The translations under genes and the position numbers were made by a program. Of a stretch of 64,000 bases of DNA, positions 38,801-52,629 are shown in pieces. The notes beneath the pieces are model-generated. The model saw nothing but the letters and a program-made list of their open reading frames with translations. It made no database searches and was not told the DNA's origin. Within the stretch, counting starts at the first letter, position 1; each line of letters begins with the position of its first letter. Origin of the DNA: Leucoraja ocellata (taxonomy: Eukaryota); NCBI GenBank assembly GCA_036785375.1, contig JAWMAR010000027.1, positions 10,602,001 through 10,666,000 on the forward strand, in the 5' to 3' direction.

Positions 38801-41800
38801 AAAAAAAAAATATTAGATGCAAACTTGGAGAGAGAAACTTGGAGATGTTTCTGAAGAGATGGTTAGTGAGTTGGTTGAAGAGGGAGTGGGCTAAATTGAT
38901 CAAATTGCACAAGAGGTAATTTTATTTCTCATATTGCACTGAACACCTGTGCAGTGCATCTTCAATTGCAATGCCACCACACACAAAAATAGAACAAGGC
39001 CAACAAAAAGTTGGGAAACCAATACACAAATTCGATAATCACTTTTTAGATCCGTGGGCAGGGAATCGAGGACAATACGGGCTAAAGCAATTTGGTCAGA
39101 GGTGAACCACAAAATTATTTAACAGCAGCAGAATAGGTTTGAGGGGCTCAATGGTCAACTTTGGAGGGAATATTTATTGTATCAGGTACTGCTGTGTAAA
39201 CCATTGCTCTAAATGATGTCAGCAGCGATCAGCTGTTTCCAGGTAACTGACCCATTGTTGGGTCTAATGGATTGAGTGACAGATGTGTCACTCCCGTCTC
39301 ACTACTCATTCTGGAGTAAAGTGTGCAACTTCAATAACTTATCTTTAACCTCTATATCAGAGGCATTTAACAATGTTCTGGTAGTTTAATACCTTTGGAA
39401 GGAGAGTCATGGGTCTCAGCCTACCATCCTTGACAAAGAGCAAAGTACACCAGTACTGGTTTAGCTCAAATTAGTTCTGTTTCTGGCCACTTCAGCGGAG
39501 TATAATCCTACCATAAATGGAAGCTCTACAGCTACTGCTGTCAAATTGTATCCATCATTTAATATTTTAACTTTTCAGTGTTTATGTGTAACTTGACTGA
39601 GCCTGTGGATATCAACATTGTTTAACTGCAGGGCTAATTCCCTATTTTGCAAAAAAACAAAAATATACTGAGAATGTTGAAGAAAGGTTATCTTACATAA
39701 AATATAAGCAAATTGGGCGTTTCTTCACTGGAATAAATGCAATGGAGAATTCAGGATTCAATTTTGAGAATGTGGTTGGAATATAAACTACAAGGTTCAG
39801 ATGAAAAACACTGGTGCATAAAGAGAAGCTAGATAATATGAAGTTATCGATGGAAACATAGCAGAAGTTCGAAGAGTGGCTAGAGTTCTGGAGTACTAAA
39901 ATGCCATGAACCCATTTACTAAAGCAATCTGTTTCTATGTAATAAATTTGTAACATTGTCGCAACTTTTGTATGGAACTCCCAAATCACCCTTAAAATGT
40001 TAATAGGGTGAATTTGCCAAAAAGGAACTGGATGATCAGGATTTTGCTTTAAATTAACGACTGGACGCAGTATTGAAACTGATGACAAATAGAGCAAAAA
40101 CAATTGTACCCACCTTTGTGGGAACAGTTACAACATTTACAAGACATTTGTACATATACAGGAATAGGAACAGTTAAAATAGTTGTGGGCCAAACGCAGG
40201 CAACGTGGACAAGCTCAGACAGACATCTTGGACGAGTTTGGCCAAAGAGACTGTTTCTGTGCCGTTTAACTCTGACTAACTTACATGTTCACCAACTACA
40301 GGTTGCCCAGAATCTGTCACACAGTAATGCCATGGGACTACTTCAGTAGAGAAGAATTAAGGCAAAAACAGTGGCATGCCATCATGCCTCTACTCTCTGC
40401 ATGTTTGCACATCACCTATCCACTCACCCAAATGTGTTACTTTTGCAGGAAGATGAGACGATCATAATATAAGCAGTTGGTGCACAATTCTTGTGAAAGT
40501 TTTCAGTACTTCAAATTAGGGGAACCCACTGAATTGTTGTGCCATAATTTTGATAATGCGATTCAGATTAAAAAAATGGAATAGTAACCCACTCATCACT
40601 ACATATGTAAGTCCCTTATACTTTTTAAACATTGCAGGAAGATGAATTAATGTGTGATCATTTGATCATTTATATTATTCACAAAATTTAAGTCTGAAGA
40701 CTTTTAAAATGCTGATAAACAGCCCAAATAGCAATCAATATTTATAAGAAGCCTAGATGTTAGCAGAATCTTATTTCAGTCACCCTGGAAAGTAAAGAGC
40801 ATAGAGTGCTCTCTAGTGGCAGAATGTAGGTATCAAATCACAGCAACTAAAGATTTCTGGACACAAGGAGCAATGGCTAATTATTAGTCTTCTTGCAACA
40901 GTTTTAAGAATCTTCCACTGAACTGCAAGGCTGTCATTTTTATTGTTGAAGCTGAAAGAAAATCTGAAGTAAGCAATAATATGAATTAATGTAATGGCAA
41001 CATTTAGTAAATTATATTGATTTCTGACAATCCATCACAATCTTGGAAAGGTAGCCAACAATTGCTAGCATTATACTGTTTTGTAAAACTTTCTTGCTAT
41101 TTGTACAAATATAAAAAGTAAAATCAAACAGTGTCGCCAATGCTTGAATACAAGTTTGATGAGATCATTCACCACAGCAGCTGGATTAATAACCTTGCAG
41201 GGTTATTTTGCTAGAATCACTAAGTTAGCAGGGAGGTGGGAACGTCAAGGTATATGCTGCAAAGTAAAGTGCAAAACGGGCTATGAATGACAAAGCGTAT
41301 GTGAGTTTAGAAGCCTAAACAAGCTATGAAGAGGAAACAATTACATGCCTTTGGACATGTTTAATTTAACAAAAGATATCTACTAAATATGGTCAATGAA
41401 CTTGGTCACTAATAGACATTTACATGAAGGATATTGTAGCTAGTACTGATCTGTCATTACAAAAAAAGCCAAGAATAGCAGCTCAACTTTCAAAATTGCA
41501 AAGTTTTCATAAGTTAGCTAACATTAGCAAACAAGAGTGGGTTAATCTTCTGCTACCATTTTCTTTGTATTACATTAAAGCTTTTACAACACAATTATTT
41601 TTAATGGTTCATCACAATTATGGGCTAAAAGCAAAACTAGTCATGAAATGAAAAGCGTGAATTTTCCTGTTAAAATAACACCAGACATGACATCACTGGA
41701 AAATTTAGAATGAGCAATAGAACGTAGTTTTAATGACCAGAGCAATCATGGATAGCTTTGGATTATTAATAGTGGGGCACCAAGTGAACCTGAGATTGGG

Positions 41801-42031
41801 TAAAACTCAAGCCAGACTTCATTCTCAACTATTAGTGTCAGAATTACACAAATACAAACAGCATCTCCCTAATAAAAGAACACAGAACATACACTGCTAA
41901 TAATTCATTCCAACTGCAGTTTCATCCTTGGACAGAGGAGGGAGCAGGGCAATGCGTTTTGTCATCACACAAAAAATTGTAAATTCAGCTTTAGTTTACT
42001 ACTAATTTAATTTAGTTTATTATAACATATA

Positions 42032-43659
42032 CAGTGCCCCCATAATGTTTGGGTTAAAGACCCAGCATTTATTTATTTGCCTGCACTCCACAATTTGAGA
42101 TTAGTAATAGAAATAATCACGTGGTTAAAGTGCATATTGTCAGATTTTAATAAAGGCCATTTTATACATTTTGGTTTCACCATGTAGAAATACATAGCCC
42201 CCCCCCCCCCCCCCCCCCCCTTTTTTTTCAGGGCACCATAATGTTTGGGACAAAGGAATGTCATGTGAATGAAAGTAGTCATGTTTAGTATTTTGTTGCA
42301 TATCCTTTGCATGTAATAACTGCTTGAAATATGCAATTCATGGACATCACCAGTTGCATCACCAGAGAAGACCGAGTCTTCTCTGGTGATGCTCTGCCAG
42401 GCCTGTATTGCAGCCATCTTTAACTTATGCTTGTTTTGGGGGCTAGTCCCCTTTAGTTTTCTCTTCAGCATATAAAAGGCATGCTCAATTGTGTTCAGAT
42501 TGGGTGATTGACTTGGCCACTCAAGAATTGACCATTTTTTAGCATTGAAAAACTCCCTTTGTTGCTTTAGCAGAATGCTTGGGATCATTGTCTTGCTGTA
42601 GTATGAACCGCCAGCCAATGAATTTTGAGGCATTTGTTTGAACTTGAGCAGATAAGATGTGCCTTACACTTCAGAATTCATTATGCTACTACCATCAGCA
42701 GTTGTATCATCAATAAAGATAAGTGAGCCAGTACATTCAGCAGCCATACTGCCATCCATAACACCCCCACCACTGTGTTTCATGGATGAGGTGGTATGCT
42801 TTGGATCTTGAGCAGTTTCTTCTCTCCTCCATACTTTGCTCTTGCCATCACTCTGATATAAGTTAATCTTCATCTCATCTGTCCACACGGCCTTTTTCCA
42901 GAACTGTGGTTGCTCTTTTTAGTAATTCTTGGCAAACTGTAACTTGGCCATCCTATTTTTGCAGCTAACCAGTGGTTTGCATCTTGCAGTGTAGCCCGTG
43001 TATTTCTGTTCATGAAGTCTTCTGCGGAAAGTGGTCATTGACAAATCCACACCTGAAGTGTGTTTCTGATCTGTCGGACACGTGTTTGGGGATTTTTCTT
43101 TATTAGAGTGAATTCTTCTCTCATCAGCTGTGGAAGTCTTCCTTGGCCTGCCAGTCCCTTTGCGATTAAAAAGCTCACCAGTGCTCTCTTTCTTCTTAAC
43201 GATGCTCCAAACAGTTGATTTTGGTAAGCCTAAAGTTTGGCTGATGTCTCGAACAGTCTCATAATGGCTTACACTGGCAAAACTTTGGTCCTCACGTTGA
43301 TAACAGCTATAAAGGTTTCCAAAGGTGATGGAAAGACTAGGTGCTGAGAGCTCTCCTATACCTGCATTGAGGAGGCAATTAAACATATCTGAGCAATTTC
43401 AAACGCCTGTGAAACCATGTGTCCCAAACATTATGGTGCCCTGAAATGGGGGGGGGGGGGGGGGGGGGGGGCTATGTATAAAAAACACAGCTGTAATTTC
43501 TACATGGTGAAATCAAAATGTATAAAAAATCCCCTTTAATAAAATCTGACAATGTGCACTTTAACCGCGTGATTTTTTCTATTACAAATCTTAAATTGTG
43601 GAGCAGAGGCAAATAAATAAATGATGGGTCTTTGTCCCAAACATTATGGAGGGCAACTG
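42032..43659 (-). mobile_element. Full-length decayed Tc1-family DNA transposon with long IR/DR terminal repeats
   Basis: TA at 42030-42031 and 43660-43661, CAGTG.../...CAACTG ends, and inverted repeats of about 220-240 bp, each with two CATAATGTTTGGG direct repeats. About 1.63 kb long. Confidence 0.95.
42265..43270 (-). pseudogene. Tc1 transposase pseudogene (DD34E type), multiple frameshifts
   Basis: HTH ISQTLGLPKSTVWSIVKK, GRPRKT, WTDE, QQDNDPKH and WPSQSPNLNTIEH are spread over different frames. Confidence 0.93.
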
Positions 43660-44559
43660 TAAGGTTTCAGCTCATTCACTCTCAGGTTCAACTGGCACTC
43701 TATTATGAATTGATGCTTTTCTATAACAATCCATTTGCTCATGGCAAAAGGACAATTATTTAAGTGGCCGGCTGGGAAACACTTTGATTAATACCGTGAA
43801 TGCAGGATTTTGAATAACTGAATACAACTTCCACGGAACACAAAACAGAATTTGGCTGTGGAGAAAAGCTGTTATCTGCAGTTGCAGATATCACTCTTGG
43901 TTGTTATGGTCTGCTGTGCCCTGGTGCCGAGGGCCATTGAAAGCCATGAAAATGATCTGGGGTGGGGGCAAAGATGAACAGCAGGGATCTCAAACCATTT
44001 TGGGATTGACACGGGTGAAGTCCTGCAGACACGAGTACCCACAGTGTCAGCGAATAGAAAATAGATGAACATATGGCTGAAAGATGTGCAAGGAAGAGGT
44101 TTGAAGGTCAGGCAGAACAATTTTGAACATAGTAGGGCTTAAGAGACCAGACAGGGACAGAACTTATATCCTCACAAAAACACAAAGTGCTGGAGAAACT
44201 CGGGCAGCATCGGAGGAGGGAATGAACAGCTGATGCTTTGGGTCAGGACACATCTTCGCAAAGTTACCTCCCAAGCTGCTGACCTGTTAAGTTCCTCCAG
44301 CACTTGGTGTTTTTGTTCAGGACTCCAGGATCTGCAGTTTGTCTCCAAACATCCTCAAATGGGTTTGTTTTTGCTGTTTGGAAGGATTGAAACATTGAAT
44401 GCATAGAAGTAGAGCAAGAAAAGCAGAACTGAAAATGGAACCATTACATTATTGATAGATTGTGGAATGTGGAGTACATAAGGGTGGGAAAAAATAAGAG
44501 CAAATCAAAGCGTTGGACAAAAGCAGCGGGTTTGCAGGGGCCTGTCGAGGGATTGACGG

Positions 44560-44958
44560 ACTCTTCAGGCTGATTGCAGTAGGAAGTAGAAAGCTGGAAG
44601 AGAGGTGGGGGCATAACAAAACCTGGCAAGTGATAGATGGATGCATGCGAGAGGGGTTTGATTGATAGATGGGTGGGGTAAGTGACAAAGGCTACAGGTG
44701 AAAAGGGGACAAAAGAGTGTCAGCAAAGGAGAAGAGGAGAGAAATGCAAAACCAGGAGAGATATAGATGAAAGAACACAGGTTAGAGGGTGGAGAAGAGG
44801 GACTAAAAGGGAAATGAGGGACTCGAGGATGGGAGATGGATTTACGAAGGAAGAGGGAAAAGGAGCATTGCGATGGGGAGGGGAGGAGATAGTGGAATTG
44901 GGTGTGCACTGGAGAAGCACATGAAAGAGTCAGACGGTATTACTTAAAATCGGAGAAT
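44560..44958 (-). mobile_element. Penelope-like element 3' region
   Basis: Purine-rich tract on + flanked by CTCTTCAGGCTGATT (reverse hammerhead start) and TACTTAAAATCGGAGAAT, shared with the other PLE copies. Confidence 0.6.
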
Positions 44959-47088
44959 ACACTGCTGAAATCAAAGGTTTGCAAAGATAAAGGTTTATTA
45001 ATATGTTCCGAGATAGATTCTTCTTACATCGTTGATCTTGAACAAAACAACTAAATTGAATAGAAATAAAATTAAAGTTTGCAAAGGAAGCCATTAAAGT
45101 CTCCAATAACCTTTTAAGAATCCGTCTTAGAAAGTATTAATAAACTTTTATTATTGTGCGACAGTAGATACAGACAAATCTTTAACAAAGTCCACAGTGA
45201 ATGAGATAAGGCCATGGGTTTATTGGGTATTAGTTGTTCCTTGATGACAATCGACGTGTTGCAAAACACTTTTGTAAAAGAATACCAAGCAGTAAATGTC
45301 GACGACTAAAGATGGCCCAGGTTTGTGTACAATGCTTCACTCAAGCAAGAGACACAGATGGAAGTGTATCTTTTATCAATTCTGCGGATGCTGTTTGAAG
45401 CAATCCGCAGAATTGGCAAGGAACAAAAGGGATAAAGTGCTACCCGGTAAGGTAAGAGCCGATGACGTTTGGCTTATGGGGCCAACTGGAAGACATGCAG
45501 GAGTGGGGGAAGGAAGGGGTTGTAGAACTAATAGGGCGGTGTAAATATATTTTAAGCTTGGAGGTTCCAGATGACAGCCACAAGAACCTGGCAGACATTT
45601 TGGGGCTAATTAGTCAGAGCTAATAGATCCTTCTGAACAATACATGTCACCATAATTGGGCATTCAGAAATGCTTTCCAGCAAAGTTCCAGACACTTGAT
45701 TTACTTGAGTCCAGGTAAACATTCAGCTTTCAGCCATGCTGTCATACCCAGGATAAAGTGCTCAATGTCTCAGAGCAAGAATACATTTAACCAATCCGTA
45801 TCATTGGATAGCAAATTCACTTCCTTGGAAGTGAATGTGGAAAACTCTGCATAAAGATGCATATTTTTAAACTGGAGGAATTCACAGGTTATGTAGAATT
45901 ACAGTACAGTAACTAACCATTCAAATCAACCAGTGCATATATATATTTTTTTAACTATCAAAGTATTCTATCATTATCATCTAATCTGTCATGTGTTTAT
46001 CTAGCTTTCCCTTAAATGCATCTACATTACTTAACTGAACCCCTCTCACTCTGGAGTTATACATTTTCACCACATTCCTTATGGAGTTAATTCATTCCCA
46101 GAAGAAACTCCTTCTGAATTCTCCATTTGACTTCTGAGCAACAAGTTTATATTGATCAACTCTTTTTTTTTTCTGTCCCAAGTGAAAAGGAAACGTCTAT
46201 TTTAATAAAACCTTTCATAATTATGGACCTCCATAACTGAAGATGCCCTGAGATTTGTATTTGACAAAATACCAAATGTATGTATCTATTTCTGAAGCAT
46301 GTCATTTAATAATTCTGTTAACGGGTTTGAATTTCTTGCACACTCACTCCCATACCTTTACATATGTTGCATAATTGTATATGGCAATTGAAGCACCGTC
46401 AAAGCAAAATTTCATTCAGGATTTAGCAGAACCTTGTTTTGATGTTTGTTCACATATTGCCTATTCATCTGTTCATGCTTCAGCTGAGCAGGAGAGGCAA
46501 TGGGCAGACTCTTCCTGCACTTGCTCTGCCAGCTGTGGCTCCTGTCTGCTCTCATGTGTCCCCAAGGTGGAAGCCCGATCCCATTGCTCTGCTGCATCTT
46601 GGTGTCAGGTGACAAGAGGAGTGGGAGAAGGGAGGGGTGGTTATACAGGTGGTACACAATCGAAGCCCATTGCTGGAGCACCTTGACAGGCTATGACAAC
46701 TATTTTTAAATGTTTAAAATGGATGCATATTTAATAAAAAATATTTCAAATTAAAAATATACTTAAAACTTAACTCACCTTGCGCTTCCCTTGCAAATCG
46801 ACATGTGGAAAATCCCATCCTATGTCTGGTCAGACCTGACGTAGGATCAGAGAAATGTCTCCCAGAAATGATGCTGTGACAGACAGGACCATCTGCCACT
46901 CACTACAACTCAGGTTGGGGACCCTCACTAATCTGGGACTTGCTAGTTGGAAATCTGTTCAGAACTATCCAGAGCCAGGAAGATTCATCTCCATGTCTCT
47001 CTAACCTTATCCATTTACAAATGTGTAAACAACCAAGTTCTGTGCCCTTATTTCACTTGTTATAAAAGATAGTTTCATTTTGCATGCA

Positions 47089-47177
47089 AGAAACATAGAA
47101 AATAGGTGCAGGAGTAGGCCATTCGGCCCTTCGAGCCTGCACCGCCATTCAATATGATCATGGCTGAGCATCCAACT
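47089..47177 (-). mobile_element. Very short CR1 3' end
   Basis: Nearly identical to 22903-22992 and flanked by CATGCA on both sides. Confidence 0.88.
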
Positions 47178-48821
47178 CATGCAGGGAATATATATTCCAT
47201 GGGAATATGTTCCATGCAGGGAATATATATTGTTTCTTGGAGGAAATTTGAAAATATCTTGCTTATTTTCAAAGATCTAAGTCTTTAAAGGTGAATAGAT
47301 TGGTTGTCTCAAATATAAATACATATAAACAACTTTGAATTGCACCGGCATGAAATGCCCATCATTTTCCAGTTTTTTAAAAATCATATATGGTGCCATA
47401 GACCTCGAAAACGACTAATGTGATACTCTTGTTCTGCATTGCAGGACAAGAGTACTGTTCTGCACGCCTTGTTTTCTGTGATGTGCTTTAACGGCTTGGA
47501 TTAAATCTAATGTCATGATTAAGTTTGCCAATAATTCCAGAAGTAACAACTGGGAACAAAGTTCAATATGACAGGAATAAAACTAGAAGAAACAAATTTA
47601 TCCCAATTGCAGGATACAGATTACCAGTAAAATCAGGACAGATGGGTGCCACTGATGGTAGGCCAGGTCCTGGAAGAGTCAACTCCTTTCCTGGTTGTTT
47701 GACTGAACGATCAGCCTGTAATTTCCACCACCAAGTTGATAAAAGAGCAGCAGGTGAATTGAAACACCACTACTTTTAAGTTGTAGAAACAAGGAACTGT
47801 TGGTTTACAAAGAAAAAGTGGTGGAGTAACTCAGCAGTTCACACAGCATCCTTGGAGGATACAAAGTGGAAGACACCCCTTATAAGTTCCCTTTCAGGCT
47901 ATGGACCACACTCATTTGGAAATATGTCACCAATCCTTCATCACTAGTTGTACATCCAAGAACTCCCTACACAACAGCATTGTGCAGAGAATCTGAGATT
48001 CAAAAAGGCGGCTTTCCATAACCTACGCTTGAGTTATTAGGGGTGGGTAATTGATACTGACCTTTCCAGTAATGCACACATTCTAAAGAGTGAATAAGTG
48101 AAAATGTTGAGGAACTACATGGCTACAGAGCCCAGAAAACAGTAATACAAGTAGTTGGGGTTAAGGCAGCATAAGGATGGTTGAATCTGCGGAGGCACAT
48201 ACTGTAAGGAAGCAAATTAAACATGACAACCTAATTACACTAGTTATAATACTGTGGACAGTTCTGGCCACCTCACTACATAAAGAATGTGACAGTGGAG
48301 AAAGAGCAGTACATTACATGGATGTTGATAGGGCAGGAGAGGTAGGCTAGGCTGTAGTTCTATTCTTTAAAACAAAGGAGACTTGAGGTTTAACACATGC
48401 AAAATAATTGTCCTTGATAGCATGAATTGGGTGGACTCATTTACACGGCAGAGAGGTATTTTAACTGGGAGATTCAGGTAGAAGGTAGAAACTGGTTGGA
48501 GGTTGGGTGGAAAGCAGAGGAAAATAAAAGTCAAAATATATTGGAGGTCCAGAATTCACCACTGTAAAGATTAATGCAAACGGCACAATTTTGTAATATA
48601 TCACTGAGCCACTTCTGAATTTATCTAAAATTAAGGAATTCAACAGAAAATCTTGGTTAAAAATGTGGTTTGATATTAGATTAAGGAATAGAGGTAAATC
48701 TATTTCTATATCAATACTAAATTGACATTACGCTGCAATGTATTTTTTTGCATAACCATTACCACATGCAAATTGTTTAAAAAAATTAACATTAAAAAAA
48801 AATCATTGCTCATCAACTTAC

Positions 48822-48992
48822 CCCGTGAAACCATTAACAATTTTAAGAATTCGGTCCTTCATTTCTTCATAAGGAACATATTCCACATTCGGATTAGGTG
48901 GAGCTCTCGGTTCAGGAGCAGAAGCTCTGAAGTCATCCATGACTTTTTCCAATTTAAATACAAAGTAGCATTTAAACTGTGACCAAGGAATC
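48822..48992 (-). CDS. PPP4R2: PPP4R2 coding exon 3 (171 nt)
   Basis: Encodes [57 protein letters not shown], near-identical to vertebrate PPP4R2 as I recall it ([38 protein letters not shown]...). Acceptor tttcag|G, donor GG|gtaagt, phase 2-2. Confidence 0.97.
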
Positions 48993-50649
48993 CTGAAATT
49001 ACAATCCATTAAAAAAAAAATGAATACATGTAAAATTATGCTATTCTAAATTAATAGAAGTGAAATCAAATTAAAGAACTGCATATACTGAAAAATATTT
49101 CAAGTATAACATATTATTTTTAAACTAAACTGAAAAATGACTGCAGAATTTTCTGTTAACATACAAATTAACCTAAATATTGTGATCTGTAAACTTCACC
49201 CAAATGTAGTGCTCTCCAGTCATATGGTCTCCTGTAATCTTAATTATTTTAAGACTTGACCTTTATAAAAAGACAGTGAACATGTTTTATTTGTATTAAT
49301 ATTGTATGCATCCACTTCTTATACCAATTTTGTTGCCATGGCTGACAGTCTTAGCATTCCACATACATTTCTACCTGCCATTTTATAGCAACTTCTAATA
49401 AACACTAGTTGTTCATTAAATCTGTCGCAGTAACAAGGGATCGCCAACCATAAAAACCTCTGCCATTAGCTGAAGGCCAAAGTTGGAGGTTCGGCCACAA
49501 CGTAATCAGTCAAGGTTTTTGTTTCACTCAGGGTGATATAACAGATGCCAACAAATGTTGTTGGACTAACCTTATGTTAGCAGCAGATAAATAAGCAAGC
49601 AGCAATAGTTTCCTTGACAGATTATCTAACGTCATTAGATTCAAACTTTTAATTCATCTTGACATAGAAAACCATAAAGAGTTCCATTCAATTCAAATAC
49701 ATAAGCACATACAAGGTTATTGCAAACACATTTACTGGAGTGTTTTTAGATGAATATCTTTAAACTGTGATACATCTAGATTGAGCAACAGTTACTATGG
49801 TGCAGTGAAACAATATTAAAATAGCAGGATCACCCAAACGATATGCTGCAGATACAGATTGCAATTCATGTTTCGCAACATTCTAGTTGCAGCTTCCTGG
49901 TTGTTCCAGGTTATTTCTGTCCTATTGCACAATGCAACTGGGAGTAGAATTTGCCATTCGGCTGATCATGGCAGTTCAAACTGCTTGACAGATGTCAGCA
50001 TACTATGTCTGTATCCTCACTACCGAAAATACAATGTTATGTTTATTCATTAAATGTATACTCAACATGTGGCTTTTGAGAGCTATGACTGAGAGAAAAA
50101 GCTTGATATCAGAACTTGCCTTCATAAGAAAGTGATGGTTTTAATTAAACAGGTTAAAAATTTGCATTTGCAAAAAAATTGTGTTTGGTTACAGATTCTA
50201 CTTCACAAGAATTTGTTTGTAATTTAAATTAATAATTTAGATACCGATGTTTGGAAAGCAGTGCCTAAATTTGCAAATAAAGATGGTTATGTATTCAGAT
50301 TCAAGACCACAACAGCAAAGTTATCGAAATTGCCAAAGCAAAAAATGCAATCTATGCATTTCCATAACGTACACTTTCATCAGAACACATACATAACAAA
50401 GGAGCATAAACAGCACCAGTAAGCCAAGTTGTTCATCATTCCTGCTCTGCCATTCATTAAGAACATGATCTTTTGCTTCAGCCTTGCTTCCAATGTTAAT
50501 TCCATATCCCTCAACCTACTCTTCTGTAAATCAAAATATGACCATTCCTGATCCATCTATCACATGCCAGCTCGTGCTCCCAACACTTCCCCTCATCTCT
50601 TTCCTTACAAGCCCTCTCCTCTATCAGTCTAAAGAGTCCTGCCCGCAAC

Positions 50650-50905
50650 TCAAACGCCCAGGAACAAAGAAAATTGCAAAAAGTGGTGAACACTGCCCAG
50701 TCCATCACGGGTACTGACCTCTCCATTAATGAAGGGATCTACGAGAGTCACTGCGTCAAAAAAGAAGCCAGCATCAGAGACCCACACCACCTTGGCCATG
50801 CTCTCCTTTCACTTCTGCCATCACAAAGGTGGTACAGGAGCCTGAAAACTGTAACATCCAAGTTCAGGAATACCTTTTTCCCGCAACAACCATCAGGCTA
50901 TTAAA
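50650..50905 (+). mobile_element. Rex1/Babar-type LINE ORF C-terminal fragment
   Basis: QKVVNTAQSITG...RDPHHLGHALLSLLPSQRWYRSLKT..SKFRNTFFPQ, typical of the Rex1/Babar C-terminus. Confidence 0.8.
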
Positions 50906-50960
50906 CACTTTAACCTCCAAATAGGCTTCAAACAATGTAGACCGAAGCTTTATACAAGAC

Positions 50961-52420
50961 GATAGAACTTTATTTATCCCAGGACGGAAATTGATCTGCC
51001 AACAGTCATAAAACACAAAATACATGAAACATGAAATTAAAGTAACGAGTAGAAAGGATTGGGGATGTGCAAAAATTGGGATGGGGAATGAGTCTACCCC
51101 ACAACATAAGGGAGAGTTGTACAGCTTGATATCCACAGGGAAGAAGGATCTCCTGTGGCATTCTTTACTGTATCTTGGTGGAACCAGTCTTTTGCTGAAG
51201 GTACTCCTCAGGTTGACCAGTGTGTCATGGAGGGGGTCAGCTGTATTGCCCTAGATGCTTTGCAGTTTGAGGAGCATCCTCTCCTCCAAGATCACCTCCC
51301 ATGAATCCAACTCCGCCCCCAGGACGGAGCAAGCCTTCTTGATGTTTGTTAATGCTATTTGCATCCTCAGCCTTTGCCCTGCCGCCCCAGCACACGACAG
51401 CGAAGATGATGGCACAGGCTACCACCGATTGGTAGAACATCTGCAGCATCTTACTGCACACGTTGAAAGCGAGGAGCCTTCTCAAAAAGTACAGCCGGCT
51501 GACCCTTCTTGTACAGGACCTCAGCGTTCCTGGACCAGTCCAGTTCACAATCCAGATACACTCCAAGGTATTTGTACCCCCTGGTAAACTGCACATCCAC
51601 ACCATTGATGAAGACAGGGGACTGGGGTATTCCTCTCCTCCTAAAGTCCACCACTAACTACTTATTCTTATCATTGTTGAGCTGCAGGCGATTCGGCCCA
51701 CACCACTAAACAAAGTCGTTGACTACACCTCTGTATTCAGCTTCCCTCCCCTCACTGATGCAGCCCACAATTGCAGTCATCTGAAAACTTCTACAGGTAG
51801 CAGGAGTCCAAGTTATATCTGAAGTCAGAGTTGTAGATGGTGAAGAGGAAGAGAGAGTGGACCGACCCTTTGGGAGCCCTGTGTTACTCACTCCCATGTG
51901 CGAGACAGTTCTGTAGCTTGGCATGTTGTGGTTGTCTAGTCAGGTAGTTGGTGACTCAGGACACCAATGGAGCGTCCAAACGCATGTTCGTCAGTTTGCT
52001 CCCTAGCAGTGTAGGCCAGGCTAAAAGCACTGGAGAAGTAAGAAAACATGACTCTCACGGTGCTTCCCGGTTTATCCAGGTGAGCATAGGAACATTAGAG
52101 CAGGTGGATGACAGCGTCCTCAACCCCCATGTTTGTTTGGTAAGTGAACTGCAGGGGCTCCAGGTAGAGTTTAACCAGTTTAACCATCACAGAAACCCAC
52201 CTCAGTCTGAAGATATGCTGGAGTACTCTGCACAACTGGCTGGCACACCCCTTGAGTACCCTAGGGCTGACACCATCGTGACCCGTGGCTTCGCCTGGGC
52301 GGAGTCTGCTCGGCTCTTTTCTCACCTGCTCAGCCTTGATGGTCAGGCGCAACAAAGGGCAATGGCAGAGGAAGTGGACCAGGGGGATTGAGGGGGAGAG
52401 TCTGTTGGGGAGCAAGGGGG
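50961..52420 (-). mobile_element. Rex1/Babar-type LINE, decayed RT and 3' end
   Basis: ATGHDGVSPRVLKGCASQLC, PLQFTYQ..GVEDAVIHLL, MVDFRR, YKYLGVYLD.ELDWS.N, RLYFLRRL.AFNVCSKMLQMFYQSVVA. Confidence 0.9.
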
Positions 52421-52629
52421 AGGGTGGGCATTGTTCTGTTTCACGACATATGACAATAAAACACTCTTGACTCTCGACTCTTTTAACCATACTGCTTCAA
52501 ATAAATTGATCTTGTAGGATCCACACTAACAATTCCAAGCTTTTATCTTTCAAAACTAGTGATTACCCAAAGCACATTCTCAAATTACAAGTGCAGTTCT
52601 GAAGTATTTCACGTGGAAGCCCACTTTGG

